A stretch of DNA of 64,000 nucleotides, taken from assembly GCA_964348095.1 (NCBI GenBank), contig CAYGBK010000129.1, positions 11,404 through 75,403 on the forward strand, written 5' to 3'. Below the pieces are notes generated by a model. It saw only the letters and a list, made by a program, of their open reading frames with translations. It was not told where the DNA came from and did not search any database. Each line of letters starts with the position of its first letter. Position 1 is the stretch's first letter. The position numbers were made by a program, and so were the translations under genes. This DNA is from an uncultured Thermodesulfobacteriota bacterium. GTDB lineage: Bacteria > Desulfobacterota > BSN033 > WVXP01. Below are positions 29,237-38,582 of the stretch, piece by piece.

Positions 29237-29348
29237 GGGTAAACCTCCACCACAGTCCCTGGTCTGGATTTCACGGCGTCACCAAAAGCTCCTCCTTGAA
29301 ATTCTAGATCAAGTCCTGCATGAATAGCTAGTCGAAAAACCTTTTTCA

Positions 29349-32300
29349 CTAGAACCTCGATTTACTCAGGGCAGAGAGCATAGATTCGACCCGATATTTT
29401 GAACGCTCTGCCATTTGTAAAACCCGTCGAATGGTTTTGAGTCTCTCCCATACAGCCGCGACCATGAGATCGTCCATTGCCATATTGCGAGCAAGGACAT
29501 CGTAGATGGAAACCAGAAGAAGCCATTCCATCAGTTCTTCATGCCGTTCCTTGTTAAACCACAGGACGTTATCGTACCAGTTGAATTGAAGAAACTGCTG
29601 TGCGTCCTGGTCCAGGAACAGGCCCGTTAGTTTCGATCTTGTCTCATCTTTCTTGGGCTGAGAAACAAACCAATGGCGATGGCAGGTTAGGATCTTAACC
29701 AAATCCGCTTCGCCCTTTGCCTTTTCTTCATCGCACCCAAGGGATTGAAAAGTCTGAAAGATAATCTTACCCAGCAACCATTCATCGATCCAAGCCGCAC
29801 TCTGCTGCTCATATTCACGGTCTAGCTTGATCCTGCCCAGATCAGTAACCACAAGCCAAGCGAGAGAGACTCTCCAGAAAGTACTTTTCGGACCCTTCTC
29901 AGTGAATGTTAGCGCCCTGAGGCGGGAGAGAGCCAGTCGCAGCTTGGGATAGACACGCCACTCTGTCGAGGTCTCAAGGCTAAGTCGAACGATAGACCTG
30001 AGGAGACGAAGAATGTCCTCGACAATCTTGGTGTGATCATCACCTGCATCGGTCTTTCTCTCGATTTCTTGAAGTAGCTTTCCAACCGATTCTCTGAAAA
30101 GGTTGACCGCCTTTTCACTCTGGGGGGCATCGAACCCGTCGCGGTGGAGGTTAGAAAGTCGTTGGAGCATGAGGGGATTCATGATCTCTCTGAAAGGATC
30201 ATGGATCGGCGCGAGAATCATCTCTTTGAGAGCCTCCTCCACGTCTGGTACACCTCTTCCCTGGAGAAGCGATTCAAGCTGACCGTAGTGCCCTGCCCTA
30301 TCGTCTTGAATCTCCCGGAAATCGACAAAGACATGGTACTGATAGGCACCAAGCTCAACGTATAGACCGTCATCTGAAAATTCTTTCCCTCGGCGAATGT
30401 ATTCGAGTCCCGACTCATGATCGCGAAATATATAGGCGTATCCATCTTCATCCCGGATGGCCAGCGCCTCGGCAAGGTTCCTCTGGCTGAGTTTTCCCTC
30501 CCCCGATCCGTTTTTACTGGTGACCATCGGCGTCGACATCTTCACCCATCCCCGCGTTGTCTGGTACCTGTTATTGTAGATAATCAAAACCCTTTCATCT
30601 CCAGACCGGTTCGAATAGGCAAAGACATTTTCATCTATCCCACCACCAACATCATAGAAATCGTATAGGGTGAAATTCTCCACCCCAGCGAAAAGCTGCC
30701 TCTTCCTCATGAGAGGAAATATCTCTTTCTCATGTCTCTCCACAAGATTCCAATCTACCTGCTCATTCCAGTAGGCTTTACTGTATTCCATCCCATACTT
30801 TTCTGAGAGCCCCTCAATTTGGCCGTGGCCGAACATGGGGAGGCCTGGAAGTGTTACCATCATCAAGGCAATACCGATGTACTTATCGCCCTTCCCAAAT
30901 TGAGCAACAGCTGTTTCCTCGTCCGGATTGTTCATGAAATTTACGAACCGCCGGAGGATTTCAGGGTTAAATTCCAGCACGTTCTTCATCATCTGGCGAT
31001 ACTTTGCGTTCTCTTCCATTTTAAGCATGTTCATGAACGCGCTGTTGTATACCCGATGCATGCCCAAGGTTCGAACAAAGTACCCTTCCATAAGCCAGAA
31101 GGCCTCGGCGAGAAGAAGGGTATCAGGAGCCTCTTCTGCAACTCTGTCAACCACCTCCCGCCAGAATTCAATTGGGAATAATTTGTTAAACCCCTCGCTG
31201 CTCATGGCGTGTTCTGCCCTCGATGGGATGTCACCGCCCGTCCCCGGCTGTGGATGCCAAAGACGCTGAAAATGTCTCTTAGTCAATGTCATGGCGGCGT
31301 CAAACCGGATGATAGGGAATTTACGGGCCACTTTGAGAATTGTCTGGATGACGGCTTCACGCACATCAGCCCGGAGAAAGTCGAGCTGAGCCGTGTCATT
31401 CCATGGCATGCTTGTTCCATCGTTGCCGTGGTAGATATACCTTGTTTCTCCGCTGCTGTGGTCAATCCGCTTGAATACCACAGCCGCGTCTGACCGATCC
31501 CAGTATCCATCCTCAATGAAAATGCCAACATCTTCATTCCCAGAGAGGTTGCTCCCTGTAAAGCGATAACCGGGAAAAGGACATTTTTCGAGTTGTAGGA
31601 ACCAATCAGGGCGCTCCATAACCCATGTAGAGTCTATCCCCGTATGGTTTGGCACCATATCGCTTGCCAGCAGGATTCCTCTCCGTCCAGCTCTCTCTTT
31701 TAGTCTCTGAAGCGCCTCCTCTCCTCCTAAGTCGCGTGCGACTTGGTAATCGTAAATGGCGTAGGCCGAACCGAGGGCCTCAGGGTTTCCCGTGAGTTGC
31801 TTGATTTTTCGTGACGCTGGGCTTCGCTCCCAGAGACCAATGAGCCAGAGACCAGTGAAACCCCACCGAGCCAGCCTGTCGAGTTCTTCATCGGGAATCT
31901 GATCCAATCGAACAATAGGCCAGCCGTACTGCTTCGACAGTTGATCGAACCAAACAGATACGCTTTTGGCGATCAGAACCACCTGTGGCATCCAGTCTAG
32001 GTCCCTGCTGAATCGCTCCGGTTCGTCATACAGACCTAAGCCCGGCCTGTACTCAGGCGCCGCCGCTGGCCCAGCTGTCAAGAGCCGGAGCTTTTCCTCT
32101 TCCCGAATGACGTCTAAGGCGAGGAGGATCCTTATCATCACGTCCCCAGACAGGAGAGAACCCCAGTGATCCTTGATATAGTAGAGTTGACCAGACAGTG
32201 ACCTGGGTGCTGCTGTGGCAGGAGCCTTGAGCATCTCCAGGATGGTCTGACTCTCGGGGCCGAAAACTGGCTGGGTTTTGAAGAATCCATCGAGTGATTC

Positions 32301-32852
32301 CATGATTGAAAGATAGGCTGTTTCTCTCCACAGATCCCTGTCGTCAAACAGCTCCGCAAAGGGAGAGAAAGCCGTGTTCCTATTGCACAGAAACAGCAGG
32401 ACCATTTCTTCCAGCGCAACCAACAGATTAGGCGTCCCCCCTGTCTTATCCATCAGGTATTCTTCTACCGACTGCTCGCCTCGATAAACATCCACTGGGG
32501 GGAAATGCTCCAGAAACCGAACAACCGTGTTCTCCACGGACTCACGTCCCAGGTTCTCCACGAGTCTTTTCTGGGCCAAGACAATGAGGTCGGGGTTCCT
32601 CTCTTTTCGGTACTGGTCGAATATGAGGTGGGAGATCTCATCGATCAATCCCATGGCATTGAGGTCTCCCGCCTTGATTGTCCTCTCCGGATCTGCCCCA
32701 TTTTCTCTCGTCTCGTTCATTCGTTTGGCAAATAGTCGGACGGTATGGAAATCGGAAAAAACAACATTGTCTTTCACCGAAAAGAGGCGTTCGTCAAATC
32801 CGCATCGGTCACGATATTTCTTTGAGATGTGGAATTCTAGAAATTCACTCAT
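29349..32852 (-). CDS. large multidomain GH13 (alpha-amylase family) glycoside hydrolase, 1167 aa
   Basis: GH13 conserved regions: GFTGLWLIGLW (I), IIRFDAAMTL (II), AEAFW (III), FVNFMNNPDE (IV). About 300-aa N-terminal and 400-aa C-terminal extensions of unknown function. Confidence 0.8.
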   Translation of the reverse strand: MSEFLEFHISKKYRDRCGFDERLFSVKDNVVFSDFHTVRLFAKRMNETRENGADPERTIKAGDLNAMGLIDEISHLIFDQYRKERNPDLIVLAQKRLVENLGRESVENTVVRFLEHFPPVDVYRGEQSVEEYLMDKTGGTPNLLVALEEMVLLFLCNRNTAFSPFAELFDDRDLWRETAYLSIMESLDGFFKTQPVFGPESQTILEMLKAPATAAPRSLSGQLYYIKDHWGSLLSGDVMIRILLALDVIREEEKLRLLTAGPAAAPEYRPGLGLYDEPERFSRDLDWMPQVVLIAKSVSVWFDQLSKQYGWPIVRLDQIPDEELDRLARWGFTGLWLIGLWERSPASRKIKQLTGNPEALGSAYAIYDYQVARDLGGEEALQRLKERAGRRGILLASDMVPNHTGIDSTWVMERPDWFLQLEKCPFPGYRFTGSNLSGNEDVGIFIEDGYWDRSDAAVVFKRIDHSSGETRYIYHGNDGTSMPWNDTAQLDFLRADVREAVIQTILKVARKFPIIRFDAAMTLTKRHFQRLWHPQPGTGGDIPSRAEHAMSSEGFNKLFPIEFWREVVDRVAEEAPDTLLLAEAFWLMEGYFVRTLGMHRVYNSAFMNMLKMEENAKYRQMMKNVLEFNPEILRRFVNFMNNPDEETAVAQFGKGDKYIGIALMMVTLPGLPMFGHGQIEGLSEKYGMEYSKAYWNEQVDWNLVERHEKEIFPLMRKRQLFAGVENFTLYDFYDVGGGIDENVFAYSNRSGDERVLIIYNNRYQTTRGWVKMSTPMVTSKNGSGEGKLSQRNLAEALAIRDEDGYAYIFRDHESGLEYIRRGKEFSDDGLYVELGAYQYHVFVDFREIQDDRAGHYGQLESLLQGRGVPDVEEALKEMILAPIHDPFREIMNPLMLQRLSNLHRDGFDAPQSEKAVNLFRESVGKLLQEIERKTDAGDDHTKIVEDILRLLRSIVRLSLETSTEWRVYPKLRLALSRLRALTFTEKGPKSTFWRVSLAWLVVTDLGRIKLDREYEQQSAAWIDEWLLGKIIFQTFQSLGCDEEKAKGEADLVKILTCHRHWFVSQPKKDETRSKLTGLFLDQDAQQFLQFNWYDNVLWFNKERHEELMEWLLLVSIYDVLARNMAMDDLMVAAVWERLKTIRRVLQMAERSKYRVESMLSALSKSRF

Positions 32853-34065
32853 TTGAATGCCATTTTCTAGTCAACCCATCCTCGACGGTTCCAGGAGGCC
32901 GACCGTACCGGTCCATTCGGAAGTATTGCAGTAAGCCGTGGAAGTCGGGGTGATCGACCGGGTCACTAGCGAATCCAAAAAGGTGTGTGCCACAGATACA
33001 GTCGGTTGAGCCAAACCCCGGGATCCGCCAATCCCCAAGGCTTTTCATTGCCCTTGCTATGTCGCACTCGAGACGAACGGAAGAGCGAACGGGAAGGGCG
33101 TAACGAAACTCTGCAGCGGCTCGAAGGGCATCGATATGCCAATAGAGATGTTTTCTCAGGCGCCGATGTCTCTCAATCCGCCTTTTTAGGCCTCCCATGG
33201 CAGACCCGACGTAGACATAAAAACCCCGGGGGAAAAGAAGCTCCCCCAATTTGCCAACCGACACACGCCTGTTTCTTTTGAGGAAGAGAACGAGAAGATA
33301 GCTGCCTCTATCTTTGGATTCTCGTTCAATGTAATCCCACGGAATGTTGAGTAATTTCGGCTCGCCGACCAAGTTGAGATCTGGTCCCCATCGCACCGAA
33401 AGGGCAATGATCCGAATCTGGTGACGAACCGCGAGAAGGGTCTCTGCGAAACGCAGATCCGTGTGGTAGTCTGGCATAAAGGTGTGGGCGTGGGGCCAGT
33501 GAACCACAAAAAGAACAGCCCCGTGAGTATCCCCCCCGGCTCGTGCGGCCAATTCTCTTAGGTGGCGGGCCCCTCTCTCTGTGACTGCGTCCGGAAACAT
33601 GGCGACGTGACGTCCGAAAAGGGTGCACGATTTCACCTCGAGGAGAATCCTTTTCTTCCCCTGTTCGAGGAGAAAATCGAAGCGGTTTCGCCCCACCTTG
33701 ACCTCCGAGGCGCTCACTGTGGCTCCCTCCAAGCCCGGGACCATTCTGTGTGTTAGAAGATAGTGAGCCACAGAATTGGTCAGATGGGTGTGGAGCATGA
33801 TGAGCTGACCATTCCTTTCGACCCCGACCACGGTGTACCGAGTTTTTCTCTGCTGAAGTCCGTTCTCCCGAACAAGATGGAGACGGCAGCCCGGTAATAA
33901 TAACTCTCGAAGTCTTCCCGGGTTTGGGAGAAAGGCATGGATCGTGCGGCCCCCACTCCGACATCGAACCAAGAATCGATTCGGGCGGGTGAGAAAATAT
34001 CCGGCGATTGGCCTTTCAAAAAGCCTGAACACATCCTGGTCTGATCGGGTTTCCTTCTCTAACAA
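32845..34065 (-). CDS. sfsA: SfsA (sugar fermentation stimulation protein) fused to a C-terminal DUF123/GIY-YIG-like domain
   Basis: N-terminal half YFLTRPNRFLVRCR...LLEVKSCTL matches SfsA. C-terminal half GSYLLVLFL...FYVYVGSAMGGLKRRIERH...WHIDAL...GFGSTDCICGTHLF matches DUF123. 8-nt overlap with the upstream GH13 gene. Confidence 0.75.
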   Translation of the reverse strand: MLEKETRSDQDVFRLFERPIAGYFLTRPNRFLVRCRSGGRTIHAFLPNPGRLRELLLPGCRLHLVRENGLQQRKTRYTVVGVERNGQLIMLHTHLTNSVAHYLLTHRMVPGLEGATVSASEVKVGRNRFDFLLEQGKKRILLEVKSCTLFGRHVAMFPDAVTERGARHLRELAARAGGDTHGAVLFVVHWPHAHTFMPDYHTDLRFAETLLAVRHQIRIIALSVRWGPDLNLVGEPKLLNIPWDYIERESKDRGSYLLVLFLKRNRRVSVGKLGELLFPRGFYVYVGSAMGGLKRRIERHRRLRKHLYWHIDALRAAAEFRYALPVRSSVRLECDIARAMKSLGDWRIPGFGSTDCICGTHLFGFASDPVDHPDFHGLLQYFRMDRYGRPPGTVEDGLTRKWHSNE

Positions 34066-34221
34066 GATACACTCCCTTCGCAGCTCCTACCATGGCCTGC
34101 ATGGCTCAGAATCTGCCATAGGTCAAGATGCCCTGGTCATCGAGGTGCAGGTTTTCGCCCAGCCGCCACCCCGTCGAGCCGTCTCATCTGTTTTCAAAAA
34201 CCGGAGTAGCCTGTGTTCTGG

Positions 34222-35223
34222 CTACCTCATCGCCGGGACATCTCCGAGGCTGAACTCGAGCCCTATTCCTCTGGCGGTAGCGTTATGATAGGCCAGTCGG
34301 GCCGTGACCAGATCTTCTAATGCGAATCCCACGGATTCAAAGAGCGTGATCTCGTCGTTTCTCGTCCGGCCCGGCTTTTTTCTTAAAACGATTTCGCCTA
34401 AATCGGCATGAATACTCTGCTTGGAAAGCTGCCCTCTCTTTATCGGGATGAGCAGATCCCCAGCCTCGGCCATGCATCCCTCATAGGTGTCCACGACGAT
34501 GCGCGCACTTTTGACGGTGACTTCATCCACTTCCCGCATTTCTGGCGTATAGGCTCCAACGGCATTGATGTGGGTGCCAGGTCTGAGATCCTTGCCGTTG
34601 AAAACAGGTTTAGACGAGGTTGTCACTGTGACCAGAATGTCTGATTCCGTAACAACCTCCCGGGGAGAGTTCGTGATATCGACAGGGATGTTCAAAATCT
34701 TCGAGGTCTCGCGAGAGAACCTCAGGGCACTCTCTTTAACCTTGTCATAGGCGAGTATTCTCTCGACAGGTCTGACCGCGCAAATCGCCTCGGCTTGAAA
34801 GGGCGCCTGAGCTCCCGTCCCAATAATTCCCAAAACCGTTGATTCCTCCCGTGCAAGGTGTTTCGTCGCCACCGCTGAGGCTGCGCCTGTTCTAACAGCA
34901 GTTAAAAAGATCCCATCCATGATTGCGAGGAGTTGGCCCGTTTGGGGATCATTGAGAACGTAAATCGACTGGAGGGTAGAAATCCCCAGTTTGGGGTTTT
35001 CCGGGAAAACCGAAATCACTTTGGTCCCAAAAGAGTCCTCCTTTTCGAGGTAGGCAGGCATGTACAGAAAGATTCCATCTGCCTTGTCAATTCTTACCGA
35101 CATTCGGACGGGAACAAGACATTGCCCTTTTCCATACTCGCTAAACCCATTCTCGACAGCACGGATAATGTCAGACATCATGAGCACCTGTCTCATTTCT
35201 TCATGTGATAGTAATATTGCCAT
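34222..35223 (-). CDS. ornithine cyclodeaminase/mu-crystallin family protein
   Basis: 333 aa. Rossmann GIIGTGAQA and the OCD family pattern. Confidence 0.8.
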   Translation of the reverse strand: MAILLSHEEMRQVLMMSDIIRAVENGFSEYGKGQCLVPVRMSVRIDKADGIFLYMPAYLEKEDSFGTKVISVFPENPKLGISTLQSIYVLNDPQTGQLLAIMDGIFLTAVRTGAASAVATKHLAREESTVLGIIGTGAQAPFQAEAICAVRPVERILAYDKVKESALRFSRETSKILNIPVDITNSPREVVTESDILVTVTTSSKPVFNGKDLRPGTHINAVGAYTPEMREVDEVTVKSARIVVDTYEGCMAEAGDLLIPIKRGQLSKQSIHADLGEIVLRKKPGRTRNDEITLFESVGFALEDLVTARLAYHNATARGIGLEFSLGDVPAMR

Positions 35224-35271
35224 CTCATCATTCTCCCGAGGGATCGCCTGTTGTTATGAAAAGGGATCTCT

Positions 35272-36468
35272 CTAGACCACCTCTTGTTCTATCACCAAAT
35301 TCCCCGTCAATACCCTCTCGTAGCTCAGCGGATTCAGATCGACCGTTTCGTAACGACCGAGGCGAATCAGTTCGGACATGCCTTTCCCGATGGCGGGGGC
35401 CTGTTGAAAACCATGGCCACTGAAACCGATGGCCATATAAAACCCCTCCAGATCTGGATGCGCTCCGATGAGAGCGTTGTTGTCGAGCCGGTTTATGGCA
35501 TAGAGGCCAGCCCACCCCCGGATCAATTTTAGCCGGTCGAAAACTGGAACCCGGTTGGCCAAAATGGGCCACATGTCGTTGTTGAAAAAGGCCTTGTCTA
35601 CCGTGAAGTTGAAGCCAGGAGGTTCATCCACAATTGACTTGCCAGTCATGATGATGCGGCCGGTTTCATGCCGAAAATAGAGACCTGTCACATCGATAAC
35701 CAGCGGGAGATCGTAATCGAAAATCACACCGGGTTGAAATACATAAGCCATTCTCCGAACCGGGTCAATTGGGAGTTCTACCCCAGCCATGAGGCCTACT
35801 TCGGCAGCCCAGGGGCCAGCCGAATCGACAACGATAGCCCCGGTGTAGGTATCTCCCTTCCGTGTCACGATACCAGTGACCCGGTCTCCATCTCTGTTGA
35901 TTCTGGTTACCTCATCGGTTATGTAGGTCACACCGAGGCTTCTAGCCTTTCTGCCATATCCTTGTAGCGTTCCGTAGGGATCGAGATATCCATCGCCAGG
36001 GCTAAAGGAGGAACCCACGAGATCGTTGATCTTGAGGTGTGGAACGATCTTCAGAGATTCCTCAGGTGTCAGAAGCGCCACGTCCACCCCAAGTTTCGTT
36101 TGGAATTCATGGTGACTGTTCATAAGGGGCCAGTTTTTTTCGTTGGCTAGGAAAAGATACCCCCGTTGTTGAAACTCGACGTGTGCTTTTTCTCCATCCA
36201 CCGCCATGGTCTGGTCAAACTCCTTGTAAAACTGAACCCCGTACTGGGAGATGCGAACATTTACTTCAGTGCTGAACTGCCGGCGAATTCCGCCCGCACT
36301 TAGGGTTGTGGAGGAGAATTCATAGGTTGGGTCTCTCTCGAAGACAGCAATGGTGCCGTCGAAATGGTCGTTTGCGAGGTTGTAAGCAATGCTAGAACCG
36401 ATAATTCCCCCGCCGACAATCAGAACATCATAGGGTGAAGGCATTGACCACCTCTTCCAGGGGTTCAC
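35272..36468 (-). CDS. FAD-dependent oxidoreductase (DAO family; glycine/D-amino-acid/sarcosine oxidase-like)
   Basis: N-terminal DVLIVGGGIIGSSIAY dinucleotide fold. About 398 aa, DAO-like. Confidence 0.8.
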   Translation of the reverse strand: MNPWKRWSMPSPYDVLIVGGGIIGSSIAYNLANDHFDGTIAVFERDPTYEFSSTTLSAGGIRRQFSTEVNVRISQYGVQFYKEFDQTMAVDGEKAHVEFQQRGYLFLANEKNWPLMNSHHEFQTKLGVDVALLTPEESLKIVPHLKINDLVGSSFSPGDGYLDPYGTLQGYGRKARSLGVTYITDEVTRINRDGDRVTGIVTRKGDTYTGAIVVDSAGPWAAEVGLMAGVELPIDPVRRMAYVFQPGVIFDYDLPLVIDVTGLYFRHETGRIIMTGKSIVDEPPGFNFTVDKAFFNNDMWPILANRVPVFDRLKLIRGWAGLYAINRLDNNALIGAHPDLEGFYMAIGFSGHGFQQAPAIGKGMSELIRLGRYETVDLNPLSYERVLTGNLVIEQEVV

Positions 36469-37413
36469 GGGTCGTTAGACCTGGACGTGATGATTAAGAA
36501 AGGTAATCTGAAGTATGTATTTACTATATGTCGGTGAGGAGTGACCATGTCAAGGATAAAATAAGAGGCGTTTCTTGGCTTTTAGGACATAGAAATTTCT
36601 AACCAGCTCATGCCGCCACACAGTTTTGAACCTTCCCGTAAGGCCATCATTTCTCTCCCCTTCTCTTCTCTCCGGTTGACCCTCTTCCCGCCCCTGACCG
36701 CGCAGGCGGGAAACGGATTGTTGCACAAATTCCTTAAACCAATCGTGTCGAAGTTATTTCCAGAGTATTCCATCAGAAAGCAGGAAAGGAAACTCTGGGC
36801 GCGAATCAAGATTTTTTCGTCAGAAATATCCAAGCACGGAGACCGTCTCCAGAACCTCTCACAGAGCAGGCGGAGCCTCAGAGAGAACTTCCTCTGGATT
36901 GGTGAGGTGCCAATCCAGAGTAAACCGCTTGGCCTAATTTTTCCTCTCAAAAAACTAGGACAAAAGCCTGATCCATTGATCTTCATGCTCCGCGAACTCT
37001 GAGAGCTCAAGCGATCTCTCGCAGATTTCTGTGGGGGAGAGCGGGCGAGAGAAACTGGTGCTTTAGTGGAAGTCCGCTTTCATTAGACAGAAGTCGGGAA
37101 AGGGGGGATTTCGAAACGGCCCGGACAGTAGCGACTCTATTGTTATGCGAATGTCCCTCTGGGGCAAGAGCGTCTGCCAGACAGGGGAACTCCTGTATGA
37201 CATCTAGCCGTTTCCCAGATTGACAGAATGGCGGAAATAGGCTCACCGCAGAAGCCGAATGCGGAGGAGGCAGAACCTTTGTGCGATGATCGATCCTCTG
37301 AAAAACTGAATCAGGTGCTCCAGAGGAATCGTCCCTTACCATGTCAAGATGATGTTATAATGGGTATGGTAAGGAGACCGTGAATAGATTTTCTAATTTG
37401 ACGGGGAAGGACA

Positions 37414-37893
37414 ATGATCCGGCTTGGCGTGATCTCTGACACCCACTTGAATTCTCCCGACACCAGTCTTGAACGAATCGTGCGAGAATGTTTTTTCGAC
37501 GTCGATATGATTCTTCATTTGGGTGACTATGTGAGTTACAGCGTCGCTGCTTATCTCATGGGCCATAAGAAAGTCATCGGTGTGGTTGGCAACATGGATG
37601 CACGAGAGGTACGCGACGCTTTTCCGATCAAAGATGTGGTAGAGATCGATAAGTTCAGAATCGGAATGATTCACGGGTGGGGGCCGCCTTTCGGATTGGA
37701 AAGGAAAATTCGGAGGGAATTCGATGACGTTCATGTCATCCTTTACGGCCATACCCACAGGGCCGTGAACCACCGAAAAGAGGGTATTCTATTCTTTAAC
37801 CCGGGATCGGCAAGTCGGTCATATTTTGGAGATCCTACGGTTGGTATCCTCTCAATCACAAACGTTATTCGGGGCGAGATTGTTTCTCTCTGA
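37414..37893 (+). CDS. yfcE: YfcE/MJ0936-type metallophosphoesterase
   Basis: ISDTH, GD and GNMD motifs, and GHTH. Confidence 0.85.
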   Translation: MIRLGVISDTHLNSPDTSLERIVRECFFDVDMILHLGDYVSYSVAAYLMGHKKVIGVVGNMDAREVRDAFPIKDVVEIDKFRIGMIHGWGPPFGLERKIRREFDDVHVILYGHTHRAVNHRKEGILFFNPGSASRSYFGDPTVGILSITNVIRGEIVSL

Positions 37894-38109
37894 TGGGCGA
37901 GGAAGGGATGAACGTCACCAGGTACTGGGATCATCTGGGCCATCTCTCCGAATCTCGAAAAAAATGTGATTCCCTGGGGTTATCGCCGACATCAAGAAAG
38001 GATGACAGACATTTGAACAGTTGGACAAGATACATGTGAGGTCCGATATCATTTATGAAGTTAATCTACTTAAGTAGTTAAAATGAATTATGAATCCATT
38101 TCTTGGGGA

Positions 38110-38529
38110 TCAGACTATCGAGTCGATAAAATCATGCCAGCTCTTTCGATCTTTCTCCATTATCTCGGTGAAGAAGATTCCGGCTGAAAAGGGTCTTGCG
38201 GATAACCAGCGGGATTCCTCGTTGTGCCAGACTACCCTTCCTATGGCGTTGACGTGCTCATTTCTCGTTGGAAGTTTGATCTGGAGTGAAAGAATCATAT
38301 GGGGCTCCATAGCCTTTGCGAAAACGTTTAGGCCATCCACTATGAGCATATGAGTCTGCAGACAGATTCCCTGCCTCGAAATATCTCTGGTTTCTCCGTG
38401 TATCAGGCGAGAAATATCTCGGCCGTCGGAGTCTATCAACCGAAAAAAGACTGGCACGGTTCCCTTGACTCGAAAAAACCGCCGCCGCTCGACGTCTCTA
38501 TACCCCCGGCTGGTTGTCGCTGAATCCAT
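38110..38529 (-). CDS. PilZ-domain protein (c-di-GMP receptor-like)
   Basis: RRRFFRV (RxxxR) and DISRQG (DxSxxG) motifs. Confidence 0.7.
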   Translation of the reverse strand: MDSATTSRGYRDVERRRFFRVKGTVPVFFRLIDSDGRDISRLIHGETRDISRQGICLQTHMLIVDGLNVFAKAMEPHMILSLQIKLPTRNEHVNAIGRVVWHNEESRWLSARPFSAGIFFTEIMEKDRKSWHDFIDSIV

Positions 38530-38582
38530 TCTTTTCCTCCGAGAGGAGAAACCCTGTGGTTGTTCGTTTAGGTCCTCGAGGG

